From: Eledone cirrhosa
Taxonomy: Eukaryota
Reading direction: 5' to 3'
Assembly: GCA_964016885.1 (NCBI GenBank)
Contig: OZ024743.1
Span: 272,366,001-272,430,000 of the forward strand
Length of the DNA stretch: 64,000 bases
Shown here: piece by piece, positions 1 to 13,849 of the stretch
Numbering within the stretch: the first letter of the stretch is position 1
Layout of the letters: the number at the start of each line of letters is the position of its first letter
The notes under the pieces: model-generated
Seen by the model: only the letters and a program-made list of their open reading frames with translations
Told to the model about the DNA's origin: nothing
Databases searched by the model: none
Translations under genes and position numbers: made by a program

Positions 1-261
1 ATGGCAGTGGTCAAGTTGGAAAGAATGTGATTAGTTGCTTACGGCGAGTGGGCAGGTTGCTAGAAAGCGCAGCCCAATATTGCCCAAATTGCATCTCAAA
101 CTAATGGAAGATTATTAAATATAAAGATTTACATATACACAAACTAAACAAAGTCACAGATATATATGTGGCAACCATTCACGATGTGGCTCAACGAAGA
201 ATTAATAAATTAAATAATCAGAGCAATATATCATAAAGTATGTCCATAGAATCATTTGATA

Positions 262-307
<46 letters not shown>

Positions 308-427
308 AAAGTTCTATTTAAATTGTTGGGATACAACAAGCAAATATTTTTATAACTGATATAAAGCACTCAACAAATAATTGGAGTAAAAATACGATAT
401 TAACAAATGGAAACTATATTTATAAAA

Positions 428-507
428 CCATATTTATTTCACTATACATATTTCAAGGACACCAAGTTAAATTATGGTGTGCTTTCATCAGATAAAATAT
501 AATATAG
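428..507 (-). ncRNA. Type I minimal hammerhead ribozyme in PLE-1 pseudo-LTR
   Basis: Reverse complement of 4869-4948. Confidence 0.8.
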
Positions 508-1196
508 AGCAGTTTTATAAATAAATATTGACATACCCTTAAAGAATGCAACCATTACTGTTGGAAGCTCCCGGATAGTGGAGTTATATCTTTAATTATA
601 CTATTAGGTAAGTTAGTATTGGATATTTTAAAAATAAGCCGTTGGGTTACGGAGAAAGAGAAAGAGAGAGAGAGCAGAATAACATACACACATATCGATA
701 CACACATACATATATATATACACACATATAGAGAGAGACAAGTATATATAAATACAGTAGATAGTATAATTGAAGTACATAAAATACAAAAGAATTATAT
801 TACGATTTGGAAATATAATTATAAGCAATATAAATATAAAACAATAGAACTTTAAAAATATTATAGAATATTTCAAGTTATAATTTCAAAATAATAATAT
901 GTTTAATAAATTTAGTATAAAAATTTTCTACGTATGTTTAACTTAATTTTATATCCATAAGAGAAAGAAAAAGAAACTTTCAAAAGATAAACTTTCGAAA
1001 ATAGGAGAAACTATAAAAAAATATTTTCCCCTTTTAAGAGCTTTCAGTATATTTCTCTAGAAGAGTTTATTATATTTATTTATATTTAGGAAAAACAGTT
1101 TTTTTACGTGAGTGTATAAGCAGTCAAAAAATGAAGGAATCTAATGATTTATCGATAGGTTCAATATATTAATAGAATTAATTAATTCATTATATA

Positions 1197-3178
1197 TTAC
1201 ATTTTAAATTTATATTTAAACGTTGGGTTCAATCTATGTCTACAGCAACTGAATACATTGTTCCTTAGGTTCAGGGAATTTTTGGTCTTTAATATAAAGA
1301 ATATTTCCTCTATATAAAGATCACAATTTTCTGAAGAGGAGTTAAATGGAGTAGCTTCTGAAATAATATTCCAAATCAACGAATATTCAACGTTCTTTAG
1401 TTTGAGGTCCCATAATAAGCTAGATAAAGAAGTTGAAGATTTTTTGTTTGGATCTGTAAAAGAATTTTTATGATTATTGAAGCTGGATTTAAACTCTGTG
1501 GAAGTGGATCCCACATAATTAAATGAATTTAAATTAGTTTTTACATTACAATTATATACTATATTTTTAGCTAAGCAATTGTTATTTAACGGACAGTTAG
1601 ATTTATTTCTAAAGTTACATTTATCAAATTGGATATTGCTTGGGTTATTATTGGTATTTTGGTTAGGTTTTAAATTTCTATTATTAATTCTATTAATATT
1701 TTGCGCTAAGTTTTTGGTGGAAGAATAAGTTAATTTTATAATATGTCTATTAAAGATTGAATGATATCTATGTGTTCTAGGGAAGCATTTGTCAAGAGCT
1801 TTAAAAGATAGTTTAGTAATAGGGGTTTTGATATTTAATGAAAAAGGAGGAGCGAACCATAATATGTTCCTAGTTCTATTTCTTTTTTTGTTTTCGGAAT
1901 TATTGTAAGGTTTTCTATTATAGTTGTTAAAATTGTTAAAATAGTTAAAATTGTTACGATTATGGTTAGTTGTTATATTATTATTATTAATGTATTTAAT
2001 TTTATTTCTATACCCAGCTCTACCTAACGCTTCGTTGTAATGATGTGCTTTTTCATCAAATATATTCTTATTAGCTGAAATTCTCAAAATTCGTTCCTGT
2101 ACAGAGTTCACTATAGTATTTTTAACGGATCTGGGGTGATTAGAGTTTAAATTGACGTAGTTTAAGTTCTCATTAAGTTTGTGAAATGGATAATGAAGAC
2201 ATGTGTTAAGGTTTAGTGTTACATCTAGAAAATTAACTATTTTATGGTTATTCTCTATTTCTACTTTTAGATTAAGGTAATTAAAAAATTGTATAATTTG
2301 TTTTCTTTTTCTATTTAGTTCACAGTTATTATTTTCTATAAGTAAAAGCATGTCGTCACGATATAAACCTCCGGTTATCTCAGGTATTTTCCTATGTAGA
2401 GAATTATTTATAAAGAGGCCAACAAGATCCGTTACCTGAGCGGAATCGGATGATCCCATAGTTATATCGAAGTTATTATTTCTATCTGCCCTAGTCCAGA
2501 GTTGGTATTAAATTCTATTAATGTTTTCCGTGCCGATAAATATAATGTGCATTTCATTGCTAGTTAAGTCTGTATGTTTAAATGCGTAAGTTAGTGCTTT
2601 ATTCAGTAGATTAGGAGTGATAGATGAGTAATAGTTAGCAATATCCAACTGAATAAACTTATTATTATAGTTATATTTTATTTCCTTAAATCAATCGATA
2701 ACTTCACTAGTTCCTTTCCATAATTTTAAATAAGATAAATTCTTAATTTGTGGTATTATTCTGTCTAAAATATTTTTGCTAAGTCTGCCAAGGTCCGATT
2801 TAGATGGTGCAATTAATCTGACTGGTAAATCAGTTTCGAAGTTCCTTTTGTGATCCTTCATATTGATCTTAGGTTTCCTTGGCATGAAGGGCTGTGTCTT
2901 ATTTTCAATGCCTAGTTCATGCATTATATAAGAGGCATCTGTATTCAATTTTTCAAGGTCGACATTATTTGCTACTTTGTATTTCTTCCTTAATTCCTTT
3001 AATATAAGATCTTATAAATGTCCTTTTGTATTCCGTACAGATTATTGGTTTTGTCAGACTTGACTAGAATTTTCTCCGTTTTCTCCAAGTTTTCAATATT
3101 ATTTTCAATATTTCTTAAGTAATCCTGGCCTTTGAAGTTATTTTTGAATTTGATGCTTTGGATGATAGATATGATATC
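1197..3178 (-). pseudogene. Disrupted PLE ORF: reverse transcriptase plus C-terminal GIY-YIG endonuclease
   Basis: ORFs 1197-2459, 2691-2948, 2999-3268: KSDKTNN, KDHK..VRLIAPSKSDLG, MGSSDSAQVTDLVG, GLYRDD, FLDVTLN, WFAPPF, IVY..YVGST, CCRH. Broken by stops and frameshifts. Confidence 0.9.
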
Positions 3179-4868
3179 AGGTAATCTTATAGAACTTATA
3201 TAAAAAAATTTGTTTAATAACATAAAGTGTATATTACATAAAATTTCCTTTAATATCTTAATAAACATACTATAAAATTAACTTATTCTTCCAACAAAAA
3301 TCTTAGCGCAAAATATTAATAGAATTATTAATAGAAATTTAAAACCTAACCAAAATACCAATAATAACCCAAGCAATATCCAATTTGATAAATGTAACTG
3401 TAGAAATAAATCTAACTGTCCGTTAAATAACAATTGCTTAGCTAAAAATATAGTATATAATTGTAATGTAAAAACTAATTTAAATTCATTTAATTATGTG
3501 GGATCCACTTCCACAGAGTTTAAATCCCGCTTCAATAATCATAAAAATTCTTTTACAGATCCAAACAAAAAATCTTCAACTTCTTTATCTAGCTTATTAT
3601 GGGACCTCAAACTAAAGAACGTTGAATATTCGTTGATCTGGAATATTATTTCAGAAGCTACTCCTTTTAACTCCTCTTCAGAAAATTGTGATCTTTGTAT
3701 AGAGGAAATATTCTTTATATTAAAGACCAAAAATTCCCTGAACCTAAGGAACAATTTATTCAGTTACTGTAGACTTAGATTGAACTCAACGTTTAAATAT
3801 AAATTTAAAATGTAATATAATTCTTTTATATTTTATGTACTTCAATTATACTATGTACTGTATTTATATATACTTGTCTCTCTCTATATGTGTGTATTGA
3901 TATACATGTACATATGTTTTATGCGTGTATGTCTATCTGTATGTATGTATATATGTGATGCATAACTACCTATTTGTGTGGGTACACACATATATGTATG
4001 TATATGTGAGAATCGTGTATGTATATATATGTGTATGTGCATACAATTTCGATTGCACTTAATAACAGTCATAACTACATAACAGGTAATCTTATAGAAC
4101 TTATATAAAAAAATTTGTTTAATAACATAAAGTGTGTATTACATAAAATTTCCTTTAATATCTTAACAATTGTAACATTTATATAACTAAATAACGTAAT
4201 TTTCCTTCACGCTGCTTTGATTTTACATTGAAATGATTTTCTCTGATTTTATAAGATTCCTATATCTTAAATTAAAAAATCCTTTATATTTTATGTGTAT
4301 ATATTATATACGTAGTTAGATATGTATATATATTTTTATACGTGTGTATATATATTTATATATATGTATTTTGCGTGTGAATTTGTGTTACATAATATAT
4401 AGATTTTTAATAATATAATCTTATTAATAATATATAGATTTCTTAATATATAGATATCAATTTTCAATGTATTGATCTCAATATTTTAACTGATTAACTA
4501 AACATTTAATCATATTTAAAAAATGGTTAAATTTCTCATATTATATATGTATCTTCCATTCATGATTATTAACATTTCTAATTTTATTTATTAATTTCAT
4601 CTAAAATGTTAAGATAACTCAACAGGATATGACTTAGAGTTTTCGCTCTCTCTCCTTTCTCTTTCTCTTCTCTCTCTCTTTTTTCTCTCTGTTATTCTGC
4701 TCTCGCTCTCTCTTTCTCTTTCTCAGTAACCCAACGGCTTATTTTAAAAATATCCAATACTAACTTACCTAATAGTATAATTAAAGATATAACTCAACTA
4801 TTCGGGAGCTTCCCACACTAATGGTTGCATTCTTTAAGGGTATGTCAATATTTATTTATAAAACTGCT

Positions 4869-4948
4869 CTATATTATATTTTATCTGATGAAAGCACACC
4901 ATAATTTAACTTGGTGTCCTTGAAATATGTATAGTGAAATAAATATGG
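4869..4948 (+). ncRNA. Type I minimal hammerhead ribozyme (inverted pLTR copy)
   Basis: tattttat-CTGATGA-aag(c)acacca/tggtgt(c)ctt-GAAA-tatgta-TA-gtgaaata. Helices I and II pair, helix III is quasi-palindromic (ATATGTAT), predicted site AUA. Confidence 0.8.
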
Positions 4949-4980
4949 TTTTATAAATATAGTTTCCATTTGTTAATATC

Positions 4981-5066
<86 letters not shown>

Positions 5067-5247
5067 GTACAGAGAAGTACGGAATACTTCGGGCTTGGGA
5101 TGGTGTCTACACTTTGTGCTTATAAAAAGAATTCGTCGTACATTACTAGGGTTTTTTCTGTGCGAAGAAAATTAATACTTTATCGCGAAATAAATACTTT
5201 TGTTTATATTTTGTTATTGTGTATGCAAAAATATCTGTATACGAATA

Positions 5248-5324
<77 letters not shown>

Positions 5325-5346
5325 TGATATATATATATAATATATA

Positions 5347-5389
<43 letters not shown>

Positions 5390-5398
<9 letters not shown>

Positions 5399-6203
5399 TG
5401 ATAAACACAAACGTGTTTGTATTGTAAGAGACAAAGTTAGCTAGCATGAAATAAACTAATTAAAGTGAATACAATTTGTCTGTCTCGATATAAGTCAATA
5501 AAGACAAGCTTATATTGGCAAAAGCCGTGTTTATCATATATATTAATATATAACTTGTATTTGACTGCTCAGAAAAGCCTCTTTCTTTGAGCTGATTAAT
5601 TGTAAACGACTATGAGTTTAATCTCTAAATATAATATAGTATATTGCTCCTTAACTGTAGAGCTGATCTTTAATCCCGTATAAACGGCTGTTATTTCTAG
5701 CACCGGGAGTACGGGATGGCTAGTATGGCTGGCTACACCACGTGTAATCAGACCTGCAAAATCTTTGAAGGTGCAATGTACTAATTTTACTGGATTCCTG
5801 TTGATAAGCACAGAAGATTTGGTTATTTCACTTTTTATTTCAATTTCATTTCGATTCTCTTTATTTTTCAATTCATGTACCATCGTTGCGAAACATATTT
5901 GGGTTTCGAAGTTCAAATTCATCTACGGAGCGAGTTTGGATTTTGAAATTTAAATTTGTCCAGGAATCACGGCTTTTGCCAATATAAGCTTGTCTTTATT
6001 GACTTATATCGAGACAGACAAATTGTATTCACTTTAATTAGTTTATTTTATGCTAGCTAACTTTGTCTCTTACAATACAAACACGTATGTGTTTATCATA
6101 TATATTAATATATAACTTGTATTTCACTGCTCAGAAATGCCTCTTTCTTTGAGCTGATTAATTGTAAAAGACTATGAGTTTAATCTCTAAATATAATATA
6201 GTA
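5390..6203. mobile_element. Non-coding ~560-nt element with terminal direct repeat and 5' inverted segment, in (TA)n
   Basis: 5527-5643 is repeated at 6088-6203; ~5390-5529 is inverted relative to ~5968-6105. PLE-satellite-like architecture. Confidence 0.7.
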
Positions 6204-6224
6204 TATATATATATATATATATAT

Positions 6225-6528
6225 CTAAGGCGGGTAAAATTCCCGAGATCCATGGACGAGTTCTCTCCAGCGGTCTCTGTCCCTCATTATCGCTGCCATG
6301 TCCTGCGTCTCCAACAGACCAGTGTCTGTCCTTAGGGAATCAACATACGTTAACCTTGGTCTTCCTCTTCTAGTGTGTCCATGTATACACTGAGGATGAA
6401 AAACTCAGAGCTGTATGGGAGCATCCCAAAAGTCAGCTCAAAAGTGACAGAGAGGAAACTGAGGTTAGCTGGACATGCTCACCGACATCCAGAGTTGACA
6501 TTGCACTCAGTGCTCCTTTGGGAGCCCC

Positions 6529-6532
<4 letters not shown>
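6225..6532 (-). mobile_element. RTE-like LINE 3' fragment with 5' inversion
   Basis: Minus strand HGHTRRGRPRLTYVDSL..RDRDRWRELV; plus strand NSELYG..ERKLRLAGHAHRHPE..LLWEP, the segment immediately upstream in the same ORF. Confidence 0.75.
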
Positions 6533-6609
<77 letters not shown>

Positions 6610-6639
6610 GCAACATTATATCTATGTATCTATCTAAAA

Positions 6640-6855
6640 AGAGAAAGACTAAGAGAGTGAGCGAGAGAGAGATCGCTAAATCGTCTAATGCGGTCTGTAG
6701 GGCACTGAAAATTTGAAATTATTTTGCTCAAAACACTCACAGGACGATAAGTATTACACGTGCAAAGTTTAAAAACAATCGGTTTAGGTGGTTCTCGAAT
6801 TTTAGTGATTGGACAGACAGACAGGCAGACTTTCTCTGTTTTAGATATATAGATG
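6640..6855 (+). mobile_element. Helitron/Helentron-associated non-autonomous remnant
   Basis: aaagttt..aatcggttt..(acag)n..ttttagatatatagat terminus resembles Helitron-derived repeats. A similar terminus lies at ~38070-38262. Confidence 0.4.
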
Positions 6856-7291
6856 ATAGCTATTTATATATTTTTATGTTTTCGTTATCAATCCTATTAT
6901 ACACTTAGCCTCACCACCATTCCTAACCATTACCTCAACAGCGCTATCTAAATAATGGAAATGCTTTCCAATTTCTCCTTTTAACTTTGTGACTAGGTTA
7001 AAATACTGAAACAAAGATATATGTAATTATTGATTTACTTCTGAGTTTAAATGCCGTCGCATCTTAACTATAATAAAGAAAGGAATGCGGGACTGCATCC
7101 AGAATATAATTTTTTAATCCAGTTTCTAAAATAAGTTGGATTACTTTGAATAAATAATGAATGAATATTATATAATTTATCTACTAAATTTCGTAACTCA
7201 TGATTAAACATATATTAAAAATATTATTGCATAGTTAAAGACTCACTTCTTTAAAGAAAATTCAAATTTCAATACTTCCGGTATATCTATA

Positions 7292-7342
<51 letters not shown>

Positions 7343-7716
7343 GGAAGATGAAGCGATTTGGATTTTTTTCAACACGCTGATGTGTGTGCGCGTGTGTATG
7401 TTGTTGTTCTTTGAGTTTATAAAATTGCTAGAGCGAGAAAGAGAGATTGTATTGTAGTGACTGAGATGGTCGCTTAGCAACTAGCAGTTGCCTCCCCTTA
7501 ACAACTCTTCAGAGAGCGGAGGCAATATACATCCGGTCACAGACGCAGGTTCACTCACTCTCTTTGGACCGCCGACATGAACAGACGTGAAAGGATTCGT
7601 TCCTCAAAATATTGACGTTGTAGGAAATTTATTAAATTATCGCATTAAATAAAATGATCGTTAGATTTGATTGTTCATTTATTTATTCAACAAAGAGAAA
7701 CATTCTTTTCCTAAAT

Positions 7717-9992
7717 TGGTGACCCTCGACGATTAAGTATGAAAACGCAGCCTATTTGAATTCGCCATTCGTTTTAATGGCTATGTGGAGTGGCTTAACA
7801 TTTGGAGTGTTCGAATCGGGTAGCTAGACTCACTTAGCGTAAGTCCATAAAATTCATAATATTCCATTTGTTGAAGCACGCGGCCTGCACAATATTTCTG
7901 TTATAACTTTCATGGTAACACTAGTAACTCACGCATACAGACGAACACAAAAAAAAATTAATTAAAAAAAAAAAGGATTTCTCTGGATGTGGAATTTTGC
8001 TTTCGGCGTTCTGTTGAAATTACAAATGGAGACTCAGAAATTTTGTTTTCCCGCGTACAGCTTGTCTTCTCCAATCCCAGCCGTCTGATTGGCTGCATCG
8101 TGCCACATGACGGCTTCTTCATCACAGACGCATTTTTCAATCGGCCATCTTGGATTTTCTTGCCGAATAATTTTCATGGAAAATAATTTTTTTTTTATTA
8201 TTCAAATTTTCTTTAGAATATTTTAGAAAAAAAGAAAAAATTAGCAGTATTTCAAAAACTTTTCGCCACGAGGAAATTTTAAAACGGCTACCACCAAGTA
8301 CCAGCCATCAGCAGCAATACATGGCTAACTATTAACCAACACCAGGGAACGGCTTGTAACTTTACCGACGCAACCACCATACCTTCTGTCTCGTTACCAC
8401 AAGGACTTGAGAAATTAAGACATTAGTTTTCTCACCATTATGGCGTCAGACGTGGCTGCCATGTTGGTGACACTAGGTTCTTCAACGCTCGACTTCTACT
8501 CTACAGAAGATTCATTGTGACTTTGCTTTAACAACAACAACAACTCTACTAGCTCCCTAGTAAGAGCGTTCCCAAAGAAAAAAGAAGCGAACTTTTTGTT
8601 AAAAGAAAAGAAACAATTCTTTCTTTTTTTTTTTTTCAGGCATTTATTTTGGGCATTTATTTAAAAAAAACTGTATTATATAAAAATTCATTTCTCTCTA
8701 TCATTGTATATGTGACCGCACGCACACATTTCCTTTGCTGTATTACATGCCTGCATATATACACACACCAACATGTTGTCTATGGTGTGTGATCTTCAAG
8801 CGTCGTAATATTCTGCGAGATCCCTTTTCACCTTCTGGAGGTACCAAAACATGCTATCGACCCCAGCAGCTTAATTCACCTACACCGCAACACGAGAATG
8901 CTAATTGCAGCTGAACTCAAACAGTTTCGCATCTCGTTGCACATTCATCGTCCATAACAACCTCTATCTTGTTGTCTTACCCAACTCACCGGGAAAACAA
9001 CAAATAGAACTGGACTTGTCAGCATTTCCACCACTTCTGTGGATTCGCCCGAATTGTGGGACTGCAGCCCACCTACAGATTCAGCTTGCTTTTTTTCTTA
9101 TCAAAGCAACCAGCCATTTTTTCCTGGCTCCCTAGCACATTCGGCAATACATCTGGGAGGCCAACATTTTCTCGCCTACCCATCATCTTCTTGCCAGCAC
9201 TGGTAAACTACCATAATAGCTTCGTCCACAGCTACTGGTACAACACTTACCATTAACATTTAATGCAAGAACAGCAACTTCGCCCATGTCAGACTTTATC
9301 TGTTTTCTGTTAGACCTTTGCTGGTCACGTATAAACTACAAAACAGCTAGTCATTTGACAGCGGCTCAACACGGCCCGTAGCGCCTCATTTTTTTTCTTG
9401 CATGCATCTTTCTGCTCAATTATTTTTTCACTGATGTGCTCTTTCAGCATTTGTTCTTGCTGATTCAATAATCTGTATCGACTTCCGTCTAGAAGGGGTG
9501 TGTAAACTGTACCTTGTGGGTCCTTGGCTTCATCGTTAACGATTTTCGGCTAAAAATCTGCTCGGAAGTGATGTAGTAACCTACATTCCGCGGGCTCACA
9601 TACATTCTCTGTGCGTGATTTGGCTCAGCTCAGCCAATCAGCGCCAGGAGAAGAGGATGTATCCCTACGCGTTCTGAGAGAGAAATAGCCCGCGAAGATT
9701 TGAGGAAACTCAGACTCGCAGCTTGACCATGCTAAGGTAAACACCACTTGTTCTTTTGCTCCGTAAGCACAAACAATATGTAACGACAAAACATTCCTAT
9801 GGGCCTGGCCAAACGCCTCAGCCAGTCGACCGTATTTTCTCTTGTAATCTTAATTGAATTATTTCATTTCTCTTGGCAGGCCAGCTTAATTCACTTCTTA
9901 ACCTTTGTTAATAAATTATGTAAAAACAAGCTAAAGTCGTTGTCGATATTCCTATCATATCTTTCTACCAAACCTGGTTCCTCGTGGCAACA
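7717..9992 (+). mobile_element. Degenerate Ty3/gypsy-like LTR element remnant
   Basis: PBS-like TGGTGACCCTCGAC at 7717; purine tracts near 9490-9500 and 9563-9571; TG...CA-bounded segment 9572-9992 with AATAAA. No intact ORF and no matching 5' LTR. Confidence 0.35.
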
Positions 9993-10064
9993 TTACCAAC
10001 TTCTAAATATATAACTTCTCTGATAAAGTATGTTTGAGTATATAAAGAGTGTAGTGACTGAGAC

Positions 10065-10143
<79 letters not shown>

Positions 10144-10516
10144 AACTATAATCGCGCAAATAAACGCTTACGGACATACATTCACACAAATATACATACT
10201 TCATCAACATATACATTAACACAAACATAGTCATGATACCAACGTTCGGTGATTTATTTATTTAACAACATAGTTAAACTCTTTTTTTAAAACTCATTTG
10301 TATAAAAATTTAATATAAAGGTTACAGAACGAAAAAACTAACAAATATAATATATACAAAGGAAAGGGAAACGAAAAAAAGAAAGAGAAAAAATACACAA
10401 CCACGTAATACCCACATCTTAAACCACACTAACAAAAGGCAGGCGAAAGGGGTAGACAAACGAGACGCTACTAGAGCAAAAGATAACAATATAGCGAGGA
10501 GCACTGGAAAAAATCT

Positions 10517-10965
10517 CTAATAATTTTTGAGGCAAGCCAGCACGCTCGCAGCGTTACCTGGGGTGATGGCGAGGCTGAGGTGCTTGAACAACCAAGTGCC
10601 TTCACGAGCATCACCAGTTACCTTTGTTTGGCGAGCCACCAGTGAAGATAAGAACCTCGCTGTCAGTAGCCTGACTCCCCCAAACGTCTCGAACGCCACA
10701 GGCTGGATAATGTAGTGAGCTAACAGAACACGGTATTTTAAGGTTTTGTTCCGTTCAGCTGCGGATGCTGTAGCTCTCGCCCTTACCACTGCATCCAGTA
10801 TGTCGGAAGAAGCAAAAGAGTCACTAACTGTGACGTCCCAGGTAAGGCACCTGCCTCTTGACCAGGAGCACAGAATAAGACCGTCAAGTCTTTTCCCATC
10901 AATTCTAGACAACCCAGACGGTTCCAAAATTCAGGGGATGTTTGCCCGGGCCAAAGCTCTTAACT
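10517..10965 (-). mobile_element. Non-LTR retrotransposon 3' fragment with restriction-like endonuclease domain (CRE/R2-group type)
   Basis: EPSGLSRIDGKRLDG..WSRGRCLTWDVT..AERNK..KY..PVAFETFGG..LSLAI..GNAASV. Confidence 0.8.
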
Positions 10966-11064
10966 GGTAATAGGACAGTGTGTATGTGCGCGCGCGTGAT
11001 TTTGTTTGGCGTTCTTAAATTGCAGTAATGCCTCAGCAATCAGATGAGGGGGGGGGGGGGGTAG

Positions 11065-11545
11065 GTGTAAAAGCCAAACTCGCTGTCTTCCTGGTATTCC
11101 TGCCAACTCTTACCGAGGATCATGAATCTTAAGTAATGACCAAAAGAATACAATTGCAAATAAAAGCGGCAGAAATGGGATTCCTCCGAAGAGTCTTCGG
11201 AATAACGTTACTCGATAAAGTGCATAGCTCAGAGACCAGAGAGTCACTCCTGGTAGAGCCGCTAGTTCTCAGAATTGAGAGATCACAACTCCGATATTAT
11301 GAGCACGTGATTAGAATGTCTCAGTAAAGAATCGCTGGACACATTTTACAGGTAACACCAACCGGCAAGGGACCTAGAGGTAAGACCTAAGCAAGATAGT
11401 TGCATAATATCCATGAGCTTGGCTATTCACGCTTTGGGATCCAGCTGGATAAGTTAGAGATGTTTGCTTCTGACAGACTGGCTGGAAGGAGTGTTTGAGA
11501 AGGACTCTGCCCCCACAACCCTCTCAGAAATAAGTGGGCGAAGAA
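11065..11545 (+). mobile_element. RTE-clade LINE 3' remnant
   Basis: IKAAEMGFLRRVFGITLLDKV..LRIERSQLRYYEHVIRM, followed by a degenerate GRP..W segment. Same family as 51600-52200. Confidence 0.8.
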
Positions 11546-12473
11546 GAAGATATTGTCGATTTACTTTTCAATTTACATATATATATATTTGCGTATAATA
11601 CCAATATGCACACTACATATACTAGCAGAAAACCGCCCACAGGCGGTTTTTCTGCTAGTATTAATAAAGATTCAATCGATTATACCATCCCCATAACGTC
11701 TGGCCTCATTCAAGTGATAGAAAAATTCAATATTCTCTCTAAACGGATGAAGCGCATTGAAATACTTACAACCTTCCTATACGCTATTTTATTTGACCTC
11801 AAATATTATATAAAAATAGAAGAAAATAGCATACGATAAAAGTTTTTTTAAATGTCTGAATGGAAATAATTCTCTTTAAATGTGAATAAAGAGTCTTTAG
11901 GAAACATACTTTACCGAGTTAATAGAGTTCAGCACAACTAGTGGACAGTTTGGAGATTTGTTTCATGCTTATAACATTGAACTTTTAAATGGGGCAGTCT
12001 ATTTAACAATATATGAGATACCCCCTTAGTGAGACAGATCATCTCACTACAATGAAATTTACGCTAGGAATAACAATAAACTTCTACTGAAATTCCACTC
12101 CACTATCCTAAAAAAAAAGGATAGGATATATTAGATAATGTCGACCATATAATCCCACCAAGTAATTGAATGGTTATGTCTTGAACTCTTTTCTAAATTG
12201 TTTTGGAGCTACGCATAAATCTTCTGTGGGGTCACCAATATATAGTCAGCCTGAAGGTATATAATAACACCCGAATATTAAACACATAATTGATCCTTCT
12301 TTCTTTATAGAAACTGAATAGTAAATATACTTTTTTAAGTCAATTGGGATTGATCAAATATCTTTAACTCGTGGCTAATGAACTTTATGTCGTTCTTTGA
12401 GATCTTTTATATTACTGTTTGATATAATTATCATTATTATTAACATGATTATCATTATTATTAACATGATTAT

Positions 12474-13125
12474 GGCGGTGGATTGACAGTATCAGTAGAG
12501 GGTCGGACGCCATGAGTTCAAATTCTGCTGAGGTTAATTTTGCCTTTCATCCCTACGGGGTCAATAAAATAAAGTACCAATCACGCACTGGGTCGATTTA
12601 ATCAACTTTCCCCTCCCCTACAAAATTGCTGGTTTTGTACCTATATAAGAAACCATTATTATTAGTATGATTATGGCGGGGGATTGGCAGAATCGGTAGA
12701 GCGTCAGACACCATGCTTTGCAGCATAAAGTTACGGTCCTTTAGGTCTGAGTTCAAATCCCACCGAAATTAGCTTTGCCTTTAATCCTTACGGGGTCGAT
12801 AAAATAGGCTCACTGAGGTCGATTTAATCGACTTTCTCCTTTCCGAAAATTGCTGACCTTGTGCCTATAGTAGAAACCATTATTAGTAGCAAGATTAAGG
12901 ACAGTTATTTGGCAGAGGCGTTAGAACGTCGGATAACCATATCGCAGTATTTATTTGGGCTCCTTATGTTCTAAATTAAAATTCCACCGAAGTCAACTTT
13001 GAATTTCATCCTTCCGGGGCCGATAAAATAAAGAAGCAGTCAATTAATGGAAGTTGGAGTTGATATAATTGACTTTTCGCTTCCCTCAAGTCGTTGACCT
13101 TGTGCGAACGTTAGGAAGAATTATT
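12474..13125 (+). mobile_element. Three tandem tRNA-derived SINE copies
   Basis: Repeated ggcggtggattggcag..gagttcaaatcc..tttgcctttcatcc..ggggtcgataaaataaagtacc body starting at ~12474, ~12674 and ~12898. Confidence 0.8.
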
Positions 13126-13849
13126 AGCGTAAGTAAATCTCTTTTGTGGTTACCTATACATTCTATGTTTGGAAAAATGTTCCTGTGTATAGTGATAACA
13201 ACGAAAGGAGATTCTGAAATTATGTTTCATTTAATGTGATTAGAAATTTAAAAAAATTATGAAATTTGTGGTTGTTTAGAACATTAATATGCCGACAAAT
13301 GATGCAATTAAAACAAAATTAAAGAGAAACTGATATCACCAAACTATCGAATGTAAACCCGGTTTTTAAAAGTAACATTGAAATCCATTAAATAATATCA
13401 AATAAATCACCTCCTAATTACCACCCACTTCATCAACAATTTAGAAATTCAAACTAAAAGCCAATGGATAGAGAATTTGACATCTCATACACTATTAACT
13501 TGTTCCCAAGTTGGAAACTAATGTTAGGGGAATTACGCCTTGCGTATAAAATGTTGTTTTTTTATTCGTTGTGTTGATTCTCTTTAAAATATCGTATAGG
13601 TGAGGCATTTCCATAAAAAATACCATAGATCAACAATGAAATTGAAAATTTAAATGAATCAAAATTCCATGTATCATACACACTTGATTCTACTATTACT
13701 TTTCCGATTCCAAAGCCACGTATAGGTCTGAGTGCTTAGTTTGTATGGTTTTCGGAATGGAAGTGAATGTTTGGATAGTTTTGAATGTATAAGAGTTTGA
13801 TCTGAGGGAAGAGGCTGACTCTATGAACTTCACAGGCTTTCCGAGACTG

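Larger units (their letters stand above)
304..4983 (-). mobile_element. Penelope-like retroelement (PLE-1), 5'-truncated, with inverted 3' duplication (inverted pseudo-LTR), flanked by (TA)n
   Basis: Minus-strand ORF fragments with RT and GIY-YIG motifs. 3295-3815 is the reverse complement of the ORF 3' end (~1197-1718) and ~4690-4983 of ~393-690. (TA)n on both sides. Confidence 0.9.

Noticed and set aside
3498-3815. Stand-alone GIY-YIG gene on the plus strand
   Set aside because: It is only the inverted duplicate of the PLE-1 ORF 3' end.
12420-13125. CRISPR-like repeat-spacer array
   Set aside because: Eukaryotic tandem SINE copies; the spacers are homologous and there are no cas genes.
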